Shown here: positions 52,908-62,636 of the stretch, in pieces
Layout: every line of letters starts with the position of its first letter
Numbering within the stretch: the first letter of the stretch is position 1
The notes under the pieces: model-generated
The model's database searches: none
The model's input: only the letters and a program-made list of their open reading frames with translations
Told to the model about the DNA's origin: nothing
Assembly (NCBI GenBank): GCA_011524855.1
Contig: WTJK01000043.1
Location: 38,483-102,482 of the forward strand
From: Methanobacteriota archaeon
GTDB lineage: Archaea; Thermoplasmatota; Poseidoniia; Poseidoniales; Poseidoniaceae
DNA length: 64,000 nt
Direction: 5' to 3'
Translations under genes and position numbers: made by a program

Positions 52908-55238
52908 TCATTCGTCGTCGGTGATGTCGTGTAACGGTTGGGGAGGCGACGACCCACCGAGGAACGCCGGTGACCACCAATTCCATTTGCCCATCAAACG
53001 CATGGTCGAAGGAACCACCAATGCACGGACCAGCGTGGCGTCGATGAAGATGGCAAGGGCGAGCCCCAAACCGATCTGCTTGAGGATGATGATGGACGAA
53101 AGTCCAAACGCGCTGAACACCACCACCATGATGGCCGCTGCGCCCGTGATGAGGCCTCCGGTTTTCTGCAGACCCTGAGCCACTGCTGCGGTGTTGTCGC
53201 CGGTGCGCTCCCACTCTTCGTGGATGCGCGACAACATCAGCACCTCATAATCCATGGACAAGCCAAACACGATGCAGAACATGATCACGGGGTTGCCCGA
53301 ATCGATGGGTTGAGGGGTGAAGTTGAGCAAGTCGGCGCCGTAGCCCCACTGGAACACCCAGACCAGCATGCCGAAGGATGCGGAAATGGACAGGATGTTC
53401 ATGGCGATGGCCTTCACAGGAATCACGACCGAGCGAACTTGGATGAAGATGAGCAACATGGTGGCGATCAAGATGAAGGCCAGCGCACGCGGCAGGTTGT
53501 CTGCAATGGCGTCAAGGTTGTCCGCATTGTAAGCGGCGAAGCCAGCCACCAACAAACGGTCTTCTTCCCCGGTGAACGAGGTCAAGAACGTGTCGCGTTC
53601 GTTGCGAATGTCTTCAACGGTTTCGCGTGATGCAACGCTCGTTTGTTCCCCTTCGAGTTGCAACGAAATCATCGTTGCGTCGGTACCCACCAAGGCCGTT
53701 CGCAAGCTCTCGCGGACAGCAACCTGTTCGGCTGGTAAAAACTCGTCGGGTGTCTGCCAAAACTGCACCACCTGTGTGGCGTTCATGCTCGGGTCGGGCA
53801 GACCAACGCCAATGCCACCGCTCACCCGTTCGTCACTCAACAGATCCGTGATGTAGGCGTGTTGAAGCCTCAGGTTGGTCTCGTTGAGGGGGTCAGCCCC
53901 GTCGGTGTCAATGACCAAAAACACCGAATTGGCGGCTTGGTCGGGCCAAACCTCATCGATGATTTCCATGCCCATCCGCGATTCGTCTTCCGGAGGAAGC
54001 GCCTTCCAAGAAGAGAGCGAGAATTCAGCGTAAGCGAACGGCACACCGGCGCCGATGAGCAGCACCAACGTCGGGATGAGCACGGCCCACGGCCGGTCCA
54101 TGACGCTCTTGGCGATGCGGGCCCACACCCCGTCGTCTTTGGCGCTCATGTCGAGCGCAAAGGGAATTTTCCACTTGTTGACACGATGGCCAAGGTGGGC
54201 CATGACCGCCGGGAGAACGATGGTGGAGTACACCATGGCGATGGACACGGCGATGGTACCGCCAATGCCGAGGGAGGGCAGGGACGTGTTGGTGAAGAAC
54301 AGCATGCCCATCAGGCCAATAGCGACCGTGATGCCCGAGTAAAACACCGCTTTTCCTGCCGTCGCACAACTCATCGCAGTTGCGGTCCGAACATCCCGCC
54401 CCCGGTCCAATTCCTCCCGGAACCGATTGACGAGGAAAAGCGAGTAATCGATGGACACGCCAATGCCGATGAGCGAGATGATGTTGGTTGCATACACCGT
54501 GACGTCCGTGACGTTGGACAGCCACACGGTCATCCCGATGGCTGCGATGACCGTGCCGATGCCGACCCCCACCGGTAACAGCGCTGCGACGATGGAGCCG
54601 AACACCAGGCCGAGAATGAACAACGACAGTGGCCCGGAAATCAATTCAGCCTTGATGAGGTCGTTCTTGATTCGGTCATCAAAGGTCCAATCGATGGCGA
54701 TACCATCGGTGGCATAGCCGTCAAAATCCCCCTCGATGGCGATCGTGTCGTGCAGGTCGCCAAGGATGGCTTTGGCTTCCTTTCGATTGGTTTGGAATTC
54801 CACGACGTTGATGGCGTAGTGGCCATCGTCGATGGTGGCGGTGAAATCGTCGCGGTCCACGTCGTCCACCTCCCATGAATAAACGACGTTGACGTCATCG
54901 TGCGCTTCGAAGGACGACAGCGCCTCACGCACGGCGGATTGCCATGCGTCCGATGTGTCGTTGAGGTTGGGATGATGAACAAGGTAGCGGAAGGATTGCC
55001 CCGAATCGTTTTCCGAGGTGGCAAACCGTTCGTTGATGAGCGAGAAGGCTTGGACGGATTCCACGTCGTCCTCACCAAATCCTTCGGCCCAATCGGCGCC
55101 GATGGAGATGAGGCTTGACATGAGGACGCACGACACAAGGCCGAACACCATCATGATGTTTTTTCGGTCGTGGATGACCTCACCAAGGCGGTAAAAGGCT
55201 CGACCTTCCAGCATTTTGGGGTCCGTGGCGCCTTCCAT
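52908..55238 (-). CDS. RND-superfamily exporter, MMPL/COG1033 type
   Basis: 776 aa with a duplicated 6-TM architecture and a large extracytoplasmic loop. 'YSLFLVNRFREEL' and 'DYEVLMLSRIHEE' are the paired post-TM motifs typical of MMPL halves. Confidence 0.75.
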   Translation of the reverse strand: MEGATDPKMLEGRAFYRLGEVIHDRKNIMMVFGLVSCVLMSSLISIGADWAEGFGEDDVESVQAFSLINERFATSENDSGQSFRYLVHHPNLNDTSDAWQSAVREALSSFEAHDDVNVVYSWEVDDVDRDDFTATIDDGHYAINVVEFQTNRKEAKAILGDLHDTIAIEGDFDGYATDGIAIDWTFDDRIKNDLIKAELISGPLSLFILGLVFGSIVAALLPVGVGIGTVIAAIGMTVWLSNVTDVTVYATNIISLIGIGVSIDYSLFLVNRFREELDRGRDVRTATAMSCATAGKAVFYSGITVAIGLMGMLFFTNTSLPSLGIGGTIAVSIAMVYSTIVLPAVMAHLGHRVNKWKIPFALDMSAKDDGVWARIAKSVMDRPWAVLIPTLVLLIGAGVPFAYAEFSLSSWKALPPEDESRMGMEIIDEVWPDQAANSVFLVIDTDGADPLNETNLRLQHAYITDLLSDERVSGGIGVGLPDPSMNATQVVQFWQTPDEFLPAEQVAVRESLRTALVGTDATMISLQLEGEQTSVASRETVEDIRNERDTFLTSFTGEEDRLLVAGFAAYNADNLDAIADNLPRALAFILIATMLLIFIQVRSVVIPVKAIAMNILSISASFGMLVWVFQWGYGADLLNFTPQPIDSGNPVIMFCIVFGLSMDYEVLMLSRIHEEWERTGDNTAAVAQGLQKTGGLITGAAAIMVVVFSAFGLSSIIILKQIGLGLALAIFIDATLVRALVVPSTMRLMGKWNWWSPAFLGGSSPPQPLHDITDDE

Positions 55239-55261
55239 GGACGGGCGAAAAAATCCCTGTT

Positions 55262-55267
55262 TTTATA
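55262..55267 (-). promoter_or_regulatory. TATA box (A)TATAAAA, 29 nt upstream of the MMPL ATG 55238
   Basis: Plus strand reads ttttatat (55261-55268). On the minus strand TATAAA starts at 55267. This implies a leaderless transcript. Confidence 0.55.
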
Positions 55268-55306
55268 TCACTGTCTTGGGTGCTTGCCGACGTTTCCCTT
55301 CGCTGC

Positions 55307-55780
55307 TCATGCAAGAAAAATGTCGAAGGTGTAAATGAAGCCCATAAACGCGTGAATGAACACCAAGTAAATCACGAGGTCTGCGGCTCGCCCGTGTTTG
55401 GTTTTCGCCAGCGCATACGACGCCCCTTGCTCCCGGAGGGTTTTGGCTTCTCGACCAAACCTGGACAGCGCTACCAAAAGCGCAAAACCGAGCGGTCCCA
55501 TGTATCCGTGCAGGGATTGCGGCCAAATGTCAGCCCAAACGCTCCCCTCGGTGTACCACCCGTTGACCATGCGACCTGCGAAGGCGATGAGGATGACAAC
55601 ACCGGTGGCGATCAACAACCGCTCGCCGTTGGCTTCATGCCGGCTTCGATAAGCCGCCCGTTCCTCGCCCTTGAGTTCCTTGGATGTTCGGCGCCAGGTG
55701 TACTGCCACCATACCCAGACCACCAGCCCCGTGGCCAGAACGGGGTGAAGGAGCAAAGCGATGGCGGGCACGAGTTCCAT
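55307..55780 (-). CDS. Four-TM membrane protein (157 aa), family not recognised
   Basis: 'VPAIALLLHPVLATGLVVWVWW', 'LLIATGVVILIAFAG', 'GPLGFALLVALSRF', 'DLVIYLVFIHAFMGFIYTF'. Has a -30 CTCAAG box. Confidence 0.5.
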   Translation of the reverse strand: MELVPAIALLLHPVLATGLVVWVWWQYTWRRTSKELKGEERAAYRSRHEANGERLLIATGVVILIAFAGRMVNGWYTEGSVWADIWPQSLHGYMGPLGFALLVALSRFGREAKTLREQGASYALAKTKHGRAADLVIYLVFIHAFMGFIYTFDIFLA

Positions 55781-55804
55781 GGGACCAACAGATTGGATAG
55801 AGGG

Positions 55805-55810
55805 CTTGAG
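55805..55810 (-). promoter_or_regulatory. putative TATA-like box CTCAAG, 30 nt upstream of ATG 55780
   Basis: Plus strand reads cttgag, immediately abutting a plus-oriented TTCAAG (55811-55816). The pair looks like a back-to-back divergent promoter; the plus-oriented box would give a leadered mRNA for the PIN-domain gene. Confidence 0.4.
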
Positions 55811-55908
55811 TTCAAGGAACTATGTGTCGACTTCACCGTCCAACACTGCGCATCGGTGGGTTGAAATCAACAGGATGGGGGCCACGACATGCGCAGGGGG
55901 TGAACACG

Positions 55909-58900
55909 ATGGAAGCGTACATGGAATCCTGCCTCAACGCTGCGTTCGAACGTCCCGCTTCTCCCAACGTACGTCAAGCACGGATGAGCAAAACGGCCGA
56001 GTGGGACCTGCTCAGCAAGCACAAACCGCTTCGAGCCATGGTCATCATCGCCGTTCGTGAGGAAGAACCTCCTGCCGCTGAGGACGATGACGGCCCCGCT
56101 CGCCCCGCAATGGCCCGGCCTCGGGGACGAGCCCGGCGCAGTGGACGAAACGCAGGTCCTCCCCACATGAGTTGGTTGCCCTCCCCCGCTGAGGTCATTG
56201 AGGAGGCTCCGTACAGCGTCGCGTTCCAACTGGCGACCTTGCTGGTGCACAAGCAACTCGACGCTGACAACTGGGACGAAGCCTGGAACGTCACCGAACA
56301 ATCGCTGCGGGCTTCATGCCTCGCCGATGGTGTTGACCCGGTGTGGCACCTCATCGGTGAAAAGACACCTTTGCTCGCCCAATTCCTTGCCTTCCCGAAA
56401 GCCAAGCGTGCCAAAGCCAAGGCTGCTGCCTCGCTTGACCCTTCGCTTCTCCGTTTTGATCCCACCGACGCAGATGCCTTGGGGCAGTTGTTGAGTGCAG
56501 CCGTTGATGCCGCCCCCTCTGCTGATGCGAAGGTGGCCCTCCAACGCGTGGCCTCCCAAGTGGCAGCGGGACGAAAGGTGGTGGTGGACGAGGGCCTCTT
56601 GAACCTCGACGGTGCCTTGTCGTTTGTTCCGCTTCACTTGTTGTTGCACGGCGGTGACCCGGTGCCAGAGGCGGTCTGGGACACCGCTCAAGCCAGCGAT
56701 GCTGCGTTGCACGACGACCTGCTGGACTACTCGCGACTGTTGTCCGGTGAGGTGACTGACTGGGACGGACTGCTCGCCTTGGACGACAGCGACAGCCTGA
56801 ACGCCGCTCGTTTGTTGCTCGCCTGGCAACACGCTCCGGACGAAGCCGAGCAGCTGTCCTCTGAGGCCCTGACCAAAGGACTCGAACGTTTGTCAGCAGC
56901 CGATGTCGCGCTTCAGGACGACCGTTTGGTGTGGTGGCGGTTGAACGCCTTCCGAAGAGAGGGGGCCACCGCGGAAGCGATCGAGGTCCTGCTGTCCTTG
57001 ACGCTCGATGGCGGTTCCGACGTGGATGCCTTGTTGCCGGTGATTGTCGACCTCAACGACGAACAGGCCGACGCGTGGTTGCACCAGCACCTCAGCACTT
57101 TGGAAGATGAAGGCTGCCTGTCCGTGCTGCTTCACGATACCCTCAACCCCACGCTGAGGCTGACAGCGGCTCAACGCTTGTTGGACTCGGGTGGTGACGC
57201 ATGGTTGTCGGGCGCCACCGTTGCGCTACCCTTGTTGGCCAATGCTTTGGATTTGGAGCGTTTAGCGCACGTGTTCATCGCCAACGCGTCCTTGGCCGGT
57301 GCTGAACCCCACTTTGCCCTCTTGGTGGCTCACCTTGCACCTGCCTCCATGCACGCCACCTCGGCAGGGCCCCTCCGCACCGTTCGACAGCAAGCCATTC
57401 AAGCGATTCACAGTGCGGAATTGCCAGACGCCTTCTCGCCGTTGTCTGAACACTTGTTGCTGTTGATGGAAGGCATCTACAAGGAGACGCCGGAACTCGC
57501 CGAGGTGCTGAACCTGCCTGCTCTCCGAGCGTTTTCTCCCATCAGCCGAGCCCTCACGGGCGATGGGGTGGTGAACACCACGGCCCTTCGGAACCTCGAA
57601 AAGCAACTGGATGAATTGGACCTCGACGCCATTGAACACCGGTTGTTTGAGGTCATTTTGCTGACCCTCCGCATGAACGGGTTCATCCAAGAACACCAGA
57701 TTGGCATGGCGAAAGGTGACCTTGCGGCTCAAATCAACAGTACCGTACAGCACCCTGCGCTTCCGCTGCGTCTCATGGACTCGTTTTCTTTCCTCGTCCT
57801 TGAACACGACTTGGGGTTGCCGCACCTGGTCGAATGGTACCAGCAACACGCCCCCCTGTCGTCGTGGGCACCGTTGGCACGTGCCGCGCTGTTTGCCGCC
57901 AACGGTGACGAACTGAATTCGGCACGCGAATACATGCGCGCTGCTGAAGCGTTCAGCAAGGCCGGTGTGGGTGAGAGCGAAGACAGCACCGAAGACGACG
58001 ATTCGGCGCTTGCGCTTCCACTGGCCCTGTACCGCAAATCCCTCATTCATTTCGCCCATGCCCAGCACTGGTCGGAAGCGGTGGACCTCATGGAGCGGGT
58101 GCCAGCGTTGAAAACCGCCATTACGGAGCGTTTCAAACTCTACCTGAAGGTGTGCCATACGGTGGGTTCGGACACGGACAAGGCCATGTTGCTCATCCGG
58201 AACCATCTCCAAACCCGAGTTCCGTACGAAGACGAGGACGACGAGGGCAACGTGGTGGTCAAGCATCGCACGGTGTACAACGAGGAGGAATTGGACCTGC
58301 TCAAGAACTACCCCTTCGACAAAGCCCACCTTCTCCCACCCGAACCCTTCCTCGGACGTGTGACGGCCGCTGCCACGCGCATCAGCCGGGATCTGCGCCG
58401 GTCCCGAAAGGAGCACGAACAACACTTCCGGCAAGCCATGCACGGCAGTTCCCCGTCGATGTCGGAAATCTACGAGATCGCCAAGAACGCCGCCGAAACC
58501 TCGCCCTTCGAGGGTCTCATGTACCTCGAACGTGCGCAGAACACCACGAAATTCACGCTGCCTGATCGACGGCGATTGGCGGGTGTTGAATCCACGCTCT
58601 TCGCACAACACAAAGACGACATTCCCACCAAGAAACGCCGTTTCTTGCGCAACTTGCCGCTGTATCCACTGGTCATTGTCGACACAAACGTCCTGGTGGA
58701 TGCCCTCGTGGACAAGGTGCACCAGCAGTTGAAGTTGGTGTCGGGAACCAACACCGACGTCATGAGCATGAACCGGTTCCACCGTATTTTGCTCCACCAC
58801 GCCAAGGCCGACCAACTTCACTTGATGATTCCCGACGATGTCCGGGGAGAACTCAAGCAATTCGCCAAAGACCAACGCCTGCGCTACCGCTTCCACGGCG

Positions 58901-59340
58901 CGATGGTGGATCAAGCAGCCCTCGACCATGCGCTGTCCGAAGAGGTCATGCTGTCCTTGGTGGATCAGGTGCTCGGGGAGTACACCACGTGGGAGGCTTC
59001 TCCAGACGTGCTCGCGGACATGCGGGACGTGTCGGAGGAGTTGCATGCGTTCCTCAAGCGCCACGAAGATGTCTTTGACGATCTCACCGAAGTCAAGAAC
59101 GCCCGTGGAATCACCTACCGAACGACGATTGACGAGCGCGCCATCTATCCAGAGGAAACCGACTTGGACATCTACCGGCTGGCCATGCACCTTTCCGAGC
59201 AAGCCTTGCCCAACATTGGTTGCATTTTGGTGGCCACCAGGGACGGTGACTTCACGCTTCTGGACCGTGCCATTGAGGAGCGGTTCGGCTTCAGCGTGAC
59301 CAAGAACCATCGCACGCTGAAGTCGTGGTTGCGCCTCTAA
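55909..59340 (+). CDS. Large alpha-helical (TPR/ARM-like) protein with C-terminal PIN-domain nuclease
   Basis: ATG 55909 is preceded by the SD-like GGGGGTGA; the track start 55822 is less likely. About 900 aa of Leu/Ala-rich helical sequence, then a PIN domain (~58660-59337): 'LVIVDTNVLVDAL', 'VRGELKQF', 'EETDLDIYRLA', 'ILVATRDGDFTLL', which together carry the 4 acidic PIN positions. Confidence 0.65.
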   Translation: MEAYMESCLNAAFERPASPNVRQARMSKTAEWDLLSKHKPLRAMVIIAVREEEPPAAEDDDGPARPAMARPRGRARRSGRNAGPPHMSWLPSPAEVIEEAPYSVAFQLATLLVHKQLDADNWDEAWNVTEQSLRASCLADGVDPVWHLIGEKTPLLAQFLAFPKAKRAKAKAAASLDPSLLRFDPTDADALGQLLSAAVDAAPSADAKVALQRVASQVAAGRKVVVDEGLLNLDGALSFVPLHLLLHGGDPVPEAVWDTAQASDAALHDDLLDYSRLLSGEVTDWDGLLALDDSDSLNAARLLLAWQHAPDEAEQLSSEALTKGLERLSAADVALQDDRLVWWRLNAFRREGATAEAIEVLLSLTLDGGSDVDALLPVIVDLNDEQADAWLHQHLSTLEDEGCLSVLLHDTLNPTLRLTAAQRLLDSGGDAWLSGATVALPLLANALDLERLAHVFIANASLAGAEPHFALLVAHLAPASMHATSAGPLRTVRQQAIQAIHSAELPDAFSPLSEHLLLLMEGIYKETPELAEVLNLPALRAFSPISRALTGDGVVNTTALRNLEKQLDELDLDAIEHRLFEVILLTLRMNGFIQEHQIGMAKGDLAAQINSTVQHPALPLRLMDSFSFLVLEHDLGLPHLVEWYQQHAPLSSWAPLARAALFAANGDELNSAREYMRAAEAFSKAGVGESEDSTEDDDSALALPLALYRKSLIHFAHAQHWSEAVDLMERVPALKTAITERFKLYLKVCHTVGSDTDKAMLLIRNHLQTRVPYEDEDDEGNVVVKHRTVYNEEELDLLKNYPFDKAHLLPPEPFLGRVTAAATRISRDLRRSRKEHEQHFRQAMHGSSPSMSEIYEIAKNAAETSPFEGLMYLERAQNTTKFTLPDRRRLAGVESTLFAQHKDDIPTKKRRFLRNLPLYPLVIVDTNVLVDALVDKVHQQLKLVSGTNTDVMSMNRFHRILLHHAKADQLHLMIPDDVRGELKQFAKDQRLRYRFHGAMVDQAALDHALSEEVMLSLVDQVLGEYTTWEASPDVLADMRDVSEELHAFLKRHEDVFDDLTEVKNARGITYRTTIDERAIYPEETDLDIYRLAMHLSEQALPNIGCILVATRDGDFTLLDRAIEERFGFSVTKNHRTLKSWLRL

Positions 59341-59726
59341 ACGAATTGAGGGAAATCTTTGCTCTTTGGCAGCTTGGGTTGTTGAAGATCCACCTGGTCG
59401 AGGAAGGTCTTCCCCAGCAACATCGGGCACTTGAGGTGGCTGCGGTCGGCCACGGTCATTTCGACCTCGTACGTGGTGCGTCCAATGCGTACCTTGGCCG
59501 CAACGAGGGCGCGTTCCTGTTGACCCATGGCGTTTCGGACGTTGACACTGCCCACTCGCTCCAGGCCCAAAGCTTCGGCCAGTCCTTCATCGATGGAACA
59601 ACGCTTCGCACCCGTGTCGATCTTGGCTTTGATGCGAATTGACCACTTTCGCGGTCCAGCGCCTTTCACGCTGACCCAACGGGCGTCGTAGGATGCCGCC
59701 ATGTGTACGCCGCCTCGGTGGCTCAC
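59337..59726 (-). CDS. Retropepsin-like aspartic protease (DUF785 / RimK-associated 'Zn_protease' family-like)
   Basis: '[17 protein letters not shown]' (D-T-G active-site triad) and 'MLLGKTFL'. The GTG start overlaps the icd stop codon (GTGA). An alternative ATG is at 59702. The stop codon overlaps the convergent PIN gene stop codon. Confidence 0.55.
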   Translation of the reverse strand: MSHRGGVHMAASYDARWVSVKGAGPRKWSIRIKAKIDTGAKRCSIDEGLAEALGLERVGSVNVRNAMGQQERALVAAKVRIGRTTYEVEMTVADRSHLKCPMLLGKTFLDQVDLQQPKLPKSKDFPQFV

Positions 59727-60949
59727 ATGTGGGCGATCATCGCATCGCCAAACGCACTGCAGGACAGGAGCGTAGCGTCGTCCATCAGACGCTCAAAATC
59801 GTACGTGACGGTTTTGCTGGAGATGGCGCCTTCCATGCCTTTGACGATGAGGTCGGCGGCTTCGGTCCAGCCCATGTGACGCAACATCATTTCGGCAGAG
59901 AGGATGAGCGAACCGGGATTGACCTTGTCTTGGCCGGCGTATTTGGGTGCCGTCCCGTGGGTGGCTTCGAAAATGGAGATGCCCGTGTCGTAGTTGATGT
60001 TGGCACCGGGAGCAATACCAATGCCGCCCACCTGAGCTGCCAATGCGTCCGAGATGTAATCGCCGTTGAGGTTCATCGTGGCCAACACGCTGTACTCGGC
60101 TGGTCGGGTGATGATTTGCTGCAGCATGGCGTCGGCGATCACGTCTTTGATCACAATCGTGTTGCCGCTCTTGGGGTTGGTCAAGGTGCACCACGGCCCA
60201 CCGTCCAACGGTTCGGCGCCAAATTCATCCTGCGCAAGGGCGTAGCCCCAATCACGGAAGCCGCCTTCGGTGAACTTCATGATGTTGCCTTTGTGGACGA
60301 GGGTCACGCTTGGCTTGTCGTTGTCGATGGCGTATTGAATGGCTGCTCGCACAATGCGGGCGGTTCCTTCTTGGGAAACAGGTTTGATGCCAATGCCCGA
60401 GGTTTCAGGGAAGCGAATCTTGTCAACACCCATCTCGTTCTGAAGGAATTCTATGACGCGCTTGACGCCTTCCGAGCCTGCTTCCCACTCGATGCCGGCA
60501 TAGACATCTTCGCTGTTTTCACGGAAAATGATCATGTCCACATCGCCCGGGGCTTTGACGGGCGAAGGTGTGCCATCGTACCACCGCACGGGGCGCACGC
60601 AGGCGTACAAGTCCAACTTCTGTCGGAGTGCAACGTTGAGCGAACGGATGCCACCGCCGACGGGCGTGGTCAACGGCCCTTTGATCGACACCAGCCCGGA
60701 CTTCATGGCCTCAAGCGTGGCTTGCGGAAGCCATTCTCCGGTGGCGTTGAACGCTTTTTCCCCGGCAAGGACTTCGCTCCACACGATGGATTTCTCACCG
60801 CCGTAGGCCTTGGCCACGGCAGCGTCCACGACCGCCGTCATGACAGGGGTGATGTCCACACCAATGCCATCGCCTTCGATGTAGTGAATCACGGGGTCGT
60901 TGGGAACGACGAGTGCGCCGTTGTTCATGGTGACGGGTGTGCCTGACAT
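59723..60949 (-). CDS. icd: Isocitrate dehydrogenase (NADP-type, prokaryotic homodimeric family)
   Basis: '[16 protein letters not shown]', '[22 protein letters not shown]', '[13 protein letters not shown]', '[26 protein letters not shown]'. Confidence 0.9.
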   Translation of the reverse strand: MSGTPVTMNNGALVVPNDPVIHYIEGDGIGVDITPVMTAVVDAAVAKAYGGEKSIVWSEVLAGEKAFNATGEWLPQATLEAMKSGLVSIKGPLTTPVGGGIRSLNVALRQKLDLYACVRPVRWYDGTPSPVKAPGDVDMIIFRENSEDVYAGIEWEAGSEGVKRVIEFLQNEMGVDKIRFPETSGIGIKPVSQEGTARIVRAAIQYAIDNDKPSVTLVHKGNIMKFTEGGFRDWGYALAQDEFGAEPLDGGPWCTLTNPKSGNTIVIKDVIADAMLQQIITRPAEYSVLATMNLNGDYISDALAAQVGGIGIAPGANINYDTGISIFEATHGTAPKYAGQDKVNPGSLILSAEMMLRHMGWTEAADLIVKGMEGAISSKTVTYDFERLMDDATLLSCSAFGDAMIAHM

Positions 60950-60978
60950 GGTTCTCGTCTTCTGCGACCGACCGCTCC

Positions 60979-60984
60979 TTCAAG
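60979..60984 (+). promoter_or_regulatory. putative TATA-like box TTCAAG, 29 nt upstream of osmC-like ATG 61008
   Basis: CTTCAAGAATG lies in the 58-nt divergent gap between icd and the OsmC-like gene. Confidence 0.45.
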
Positions 60985-61007
60985 AATGAACCGCTCATGG
61001 ACCTTCC

Positions 61008-61403
61008 ATGCGAAGCAAGGTGGAGTGGACCGGTGGCACCTCCATGGTGGCGACGAATGAAGCAGGTCAACCGCTCGAACTCGATTGGAAGCAAGGCCCC
61101 TCACCCATGCAAATTGCGTTGCAGGCCGTGGGAGCATGCTCGCTGGTGGACGTCGTTATCGGCATGAAAGACCGACCGCTTGAGGCGGCTTGGGTTGAAC
61201 TGGATTCAACACGCGCCGAGACCACCCCGCGCCGATTTACCGGGTTTTCGATGACATACCATATCCGAGGAGACGTGCCGCTCAAGCTCGCAGAACGCAT
61301 CGTGGCCAAAAGTCACGAGAAGTTCTGTTCCGTATCGCATTCCATGGCCAAGGACATCACGACCACGTGGACGGTCGAGGTGCATCCCATCATCGAGGGT
61401 TGA
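61008..61403 (+). CDS. OsmC/Ohr-family peroxiredoxin-like protein
   Basis: 131 aa. The two family cysteines appear in 'LQAVGACSLVDV' and 'SHEKFCSVSHS'. Confidence 0.7.
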   Translation: MRSKVEWTGGTSMVATNEAGQPLELDWKQGPSPMQIALQAVGACSLVDVVIGMKDRPLEAAWVELDSTRAETTPRRFTGFSMTYHIRGDVPLKLAERIVAKSHEKFCSVSHSMAKDITTTWTVEVHPIIEG

Positions 61404-61408
61404 GGCCC

Positions 61409-61909
61409 TCAAGCCCCTGTTGCTCGGTGCTGACGAAGGGCTTGAACCAGTGCACGTTGCAACGTATCGTACAGCGGCTTCCATCGATGGTGCAAGCCGG
61501 TGGGTGCGTTGAGAGGAAGCACCCCTCGGTCCGTGCTGAGGACCGTCGCAAACGGTCGTATGGGCGTGCCGCCCATGTCCACGATCAGAGAGAGGTGGTA
61601 CGCCTCTCGGTCTTTGTGGACGTGCACCGTCTCGTTCGCGATGCGCGCACCCGGGGCCACGCGGTCGAGCCGTTCTTCGTCCAACAGGTCGCGAACAAGG
61701 GTGGTCAGCAACGCTTCGACGTCAACCCCCGAGGGCGAGACCGTGGTGGTGTCTCCCTCGTTCGCATCGTCATCATCGTTGTCCATGAACGCAGCGAGCG
61801 GATCGTGAGCGGTAGTGACCCCCTCACCGGCCCGTGTTGAACCATCCGTGTTGACACCCAGCAGGGCGTACATGTCCACGTCACCGTGGTCTTCCAATCC
61901 CTCGTTCAT
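61409..61909 (-). CDS. Hypothetical protein with acidic N-terminal region (166 aa)
   Basis: ORF with 'FMDNDDDDANEGD'. A TTTATG box (61935-61940, minus strand) starts 31 nt upstream of the ATG. No family recognised. Confidence 0.45.
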   Translation of the reverse strand: MNEGLEDHGDVDMYALLGVNTDGSTRAGEGVTTAHDPLAAFMDNDDDDANEGDTTTVSPSGVDVEALLTTLVRDLLDEERLDRVAPGARIANETVHVHKDREAYHLSLIVDMGGTPIRPFATVLSTDRGVLPLNAPTGLHHRWKPLYDTLQRALVQALRQHRATGA

Positions 61910-61992
61910 GATGAAGCATGGACGACCGTTCCCACATAAAGCATCGTTTGCATCGCTCGCTGGTGCATCAGCACGCCGGGACCGTGCGAACC

Positions 61993-61998
61993 CTCAAA
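61993..61998 (+). promoter_or_regulatory. putative TATA-like box CTCAAA, 29 nt upstream of ATG 62022
   Basis: Supports 62022 (the signal-peptide Met) as the true start, not the track start 61815. Confidence 0.45.
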
Positions 61999-62021
61999 CC
62001 CCACCGCACCCAGCCGTCATC

Positions 62022-62636
62022 ATGGCCTCCACACTCAGGATGACGGTGGTCATCGGGCTGTTGTTGTGCATGGGCTTCGTCCCCAGCACGCCGGCTTCGC
62101 CTGAGGGTGTGGGACAAGAAGGAAACCAAGGTTGTCAATGCCATGCCGAGGACACCGAACTAGGCATCGCTCTCTCGGGGCTCCCCGAGACGTACGAAGC
62201 CAACACCACCTATGCCCTCACCCTGTCTTTGACCAGCGGGATTGAAGCTGGGATGAATGCATCCCAGGGTGGCTTTCGGCTGGTGGTGACCAACGGGACC
62301 CTGCAGTTTGATACCGAAGAAGCACAGCCGCTTGAGGGCGGTTGGACGCACCGCTCAGCCGGCACCGAGCAGCGTGCGTGGTCGTTTCAGTGGACGGCAC
62401 CGGCCGACAACGACAGCCGAACAGAATTTCGTGTGTGGGCCAATGCAGTGAACGGAAACCAAGCGCCGACGGGGGACGGCTGGGCCGCTTCAACGTGGGT
62501 GGTGCCCGGTGCTGCCTACACCGGTGAATTGGACGCCAGCCCTGGCATTGACGGCTTGAGCGGTCAGGAACGCATCTTCCTCGGTGTGGCGCTCTTGACC
62601 ATCGCAGGGTTGCTTTGGACCAGCCTCCGGCCCTGA
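62022..62636 (+). CDS. Secreted beta-sandwich-like protein with Cys-x-Cys-His motif and C-terminal TM anchor (204 aa)
   Basis: Signal 'MASTLRMTVVIGLLLCMGFVPSTPASP', 'GNQGCQCHAED', 'GGFRLVV', 'WSFQWTAP', 'FRVWANAVNGNQAPTGDGW', and anchor 'IFLGVALLTIAGLLW'. Confidence 0.55.
   Translation: MASTLRMTVVIGLLLCMGFVPSTPASPEGVGQEGNQGCQCHAEDTELGIALSGLPETYEANTTYALTLSLTSGIEAGMNASQGGFRLVVTNGTLQFDTEEAQPLEGGWTHRSAGTEQRAWSFQWTAPADNDSRTEFRVWANAVNGNQAPTGDGWAASTWVVPGAAYTGELDASPGIDGLSGQERIFLGVALLTIAGLLWTSLRP

Noticed and set aside
57262-59430. 722-aa ORF antisense to the PIN-domain gene
   Set aside because: The sense strand gives a coherent helical protein ending in a complete PIN motif set. The antisense product is low-complexity (R/G/V/H-rich) and would run across the convergent protease gene.
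59693-60946. 417-aa plus-strand ORF antisense to icd
   Set aside because: The minus strand encodes a textbook isocitrate dehydrogenase.
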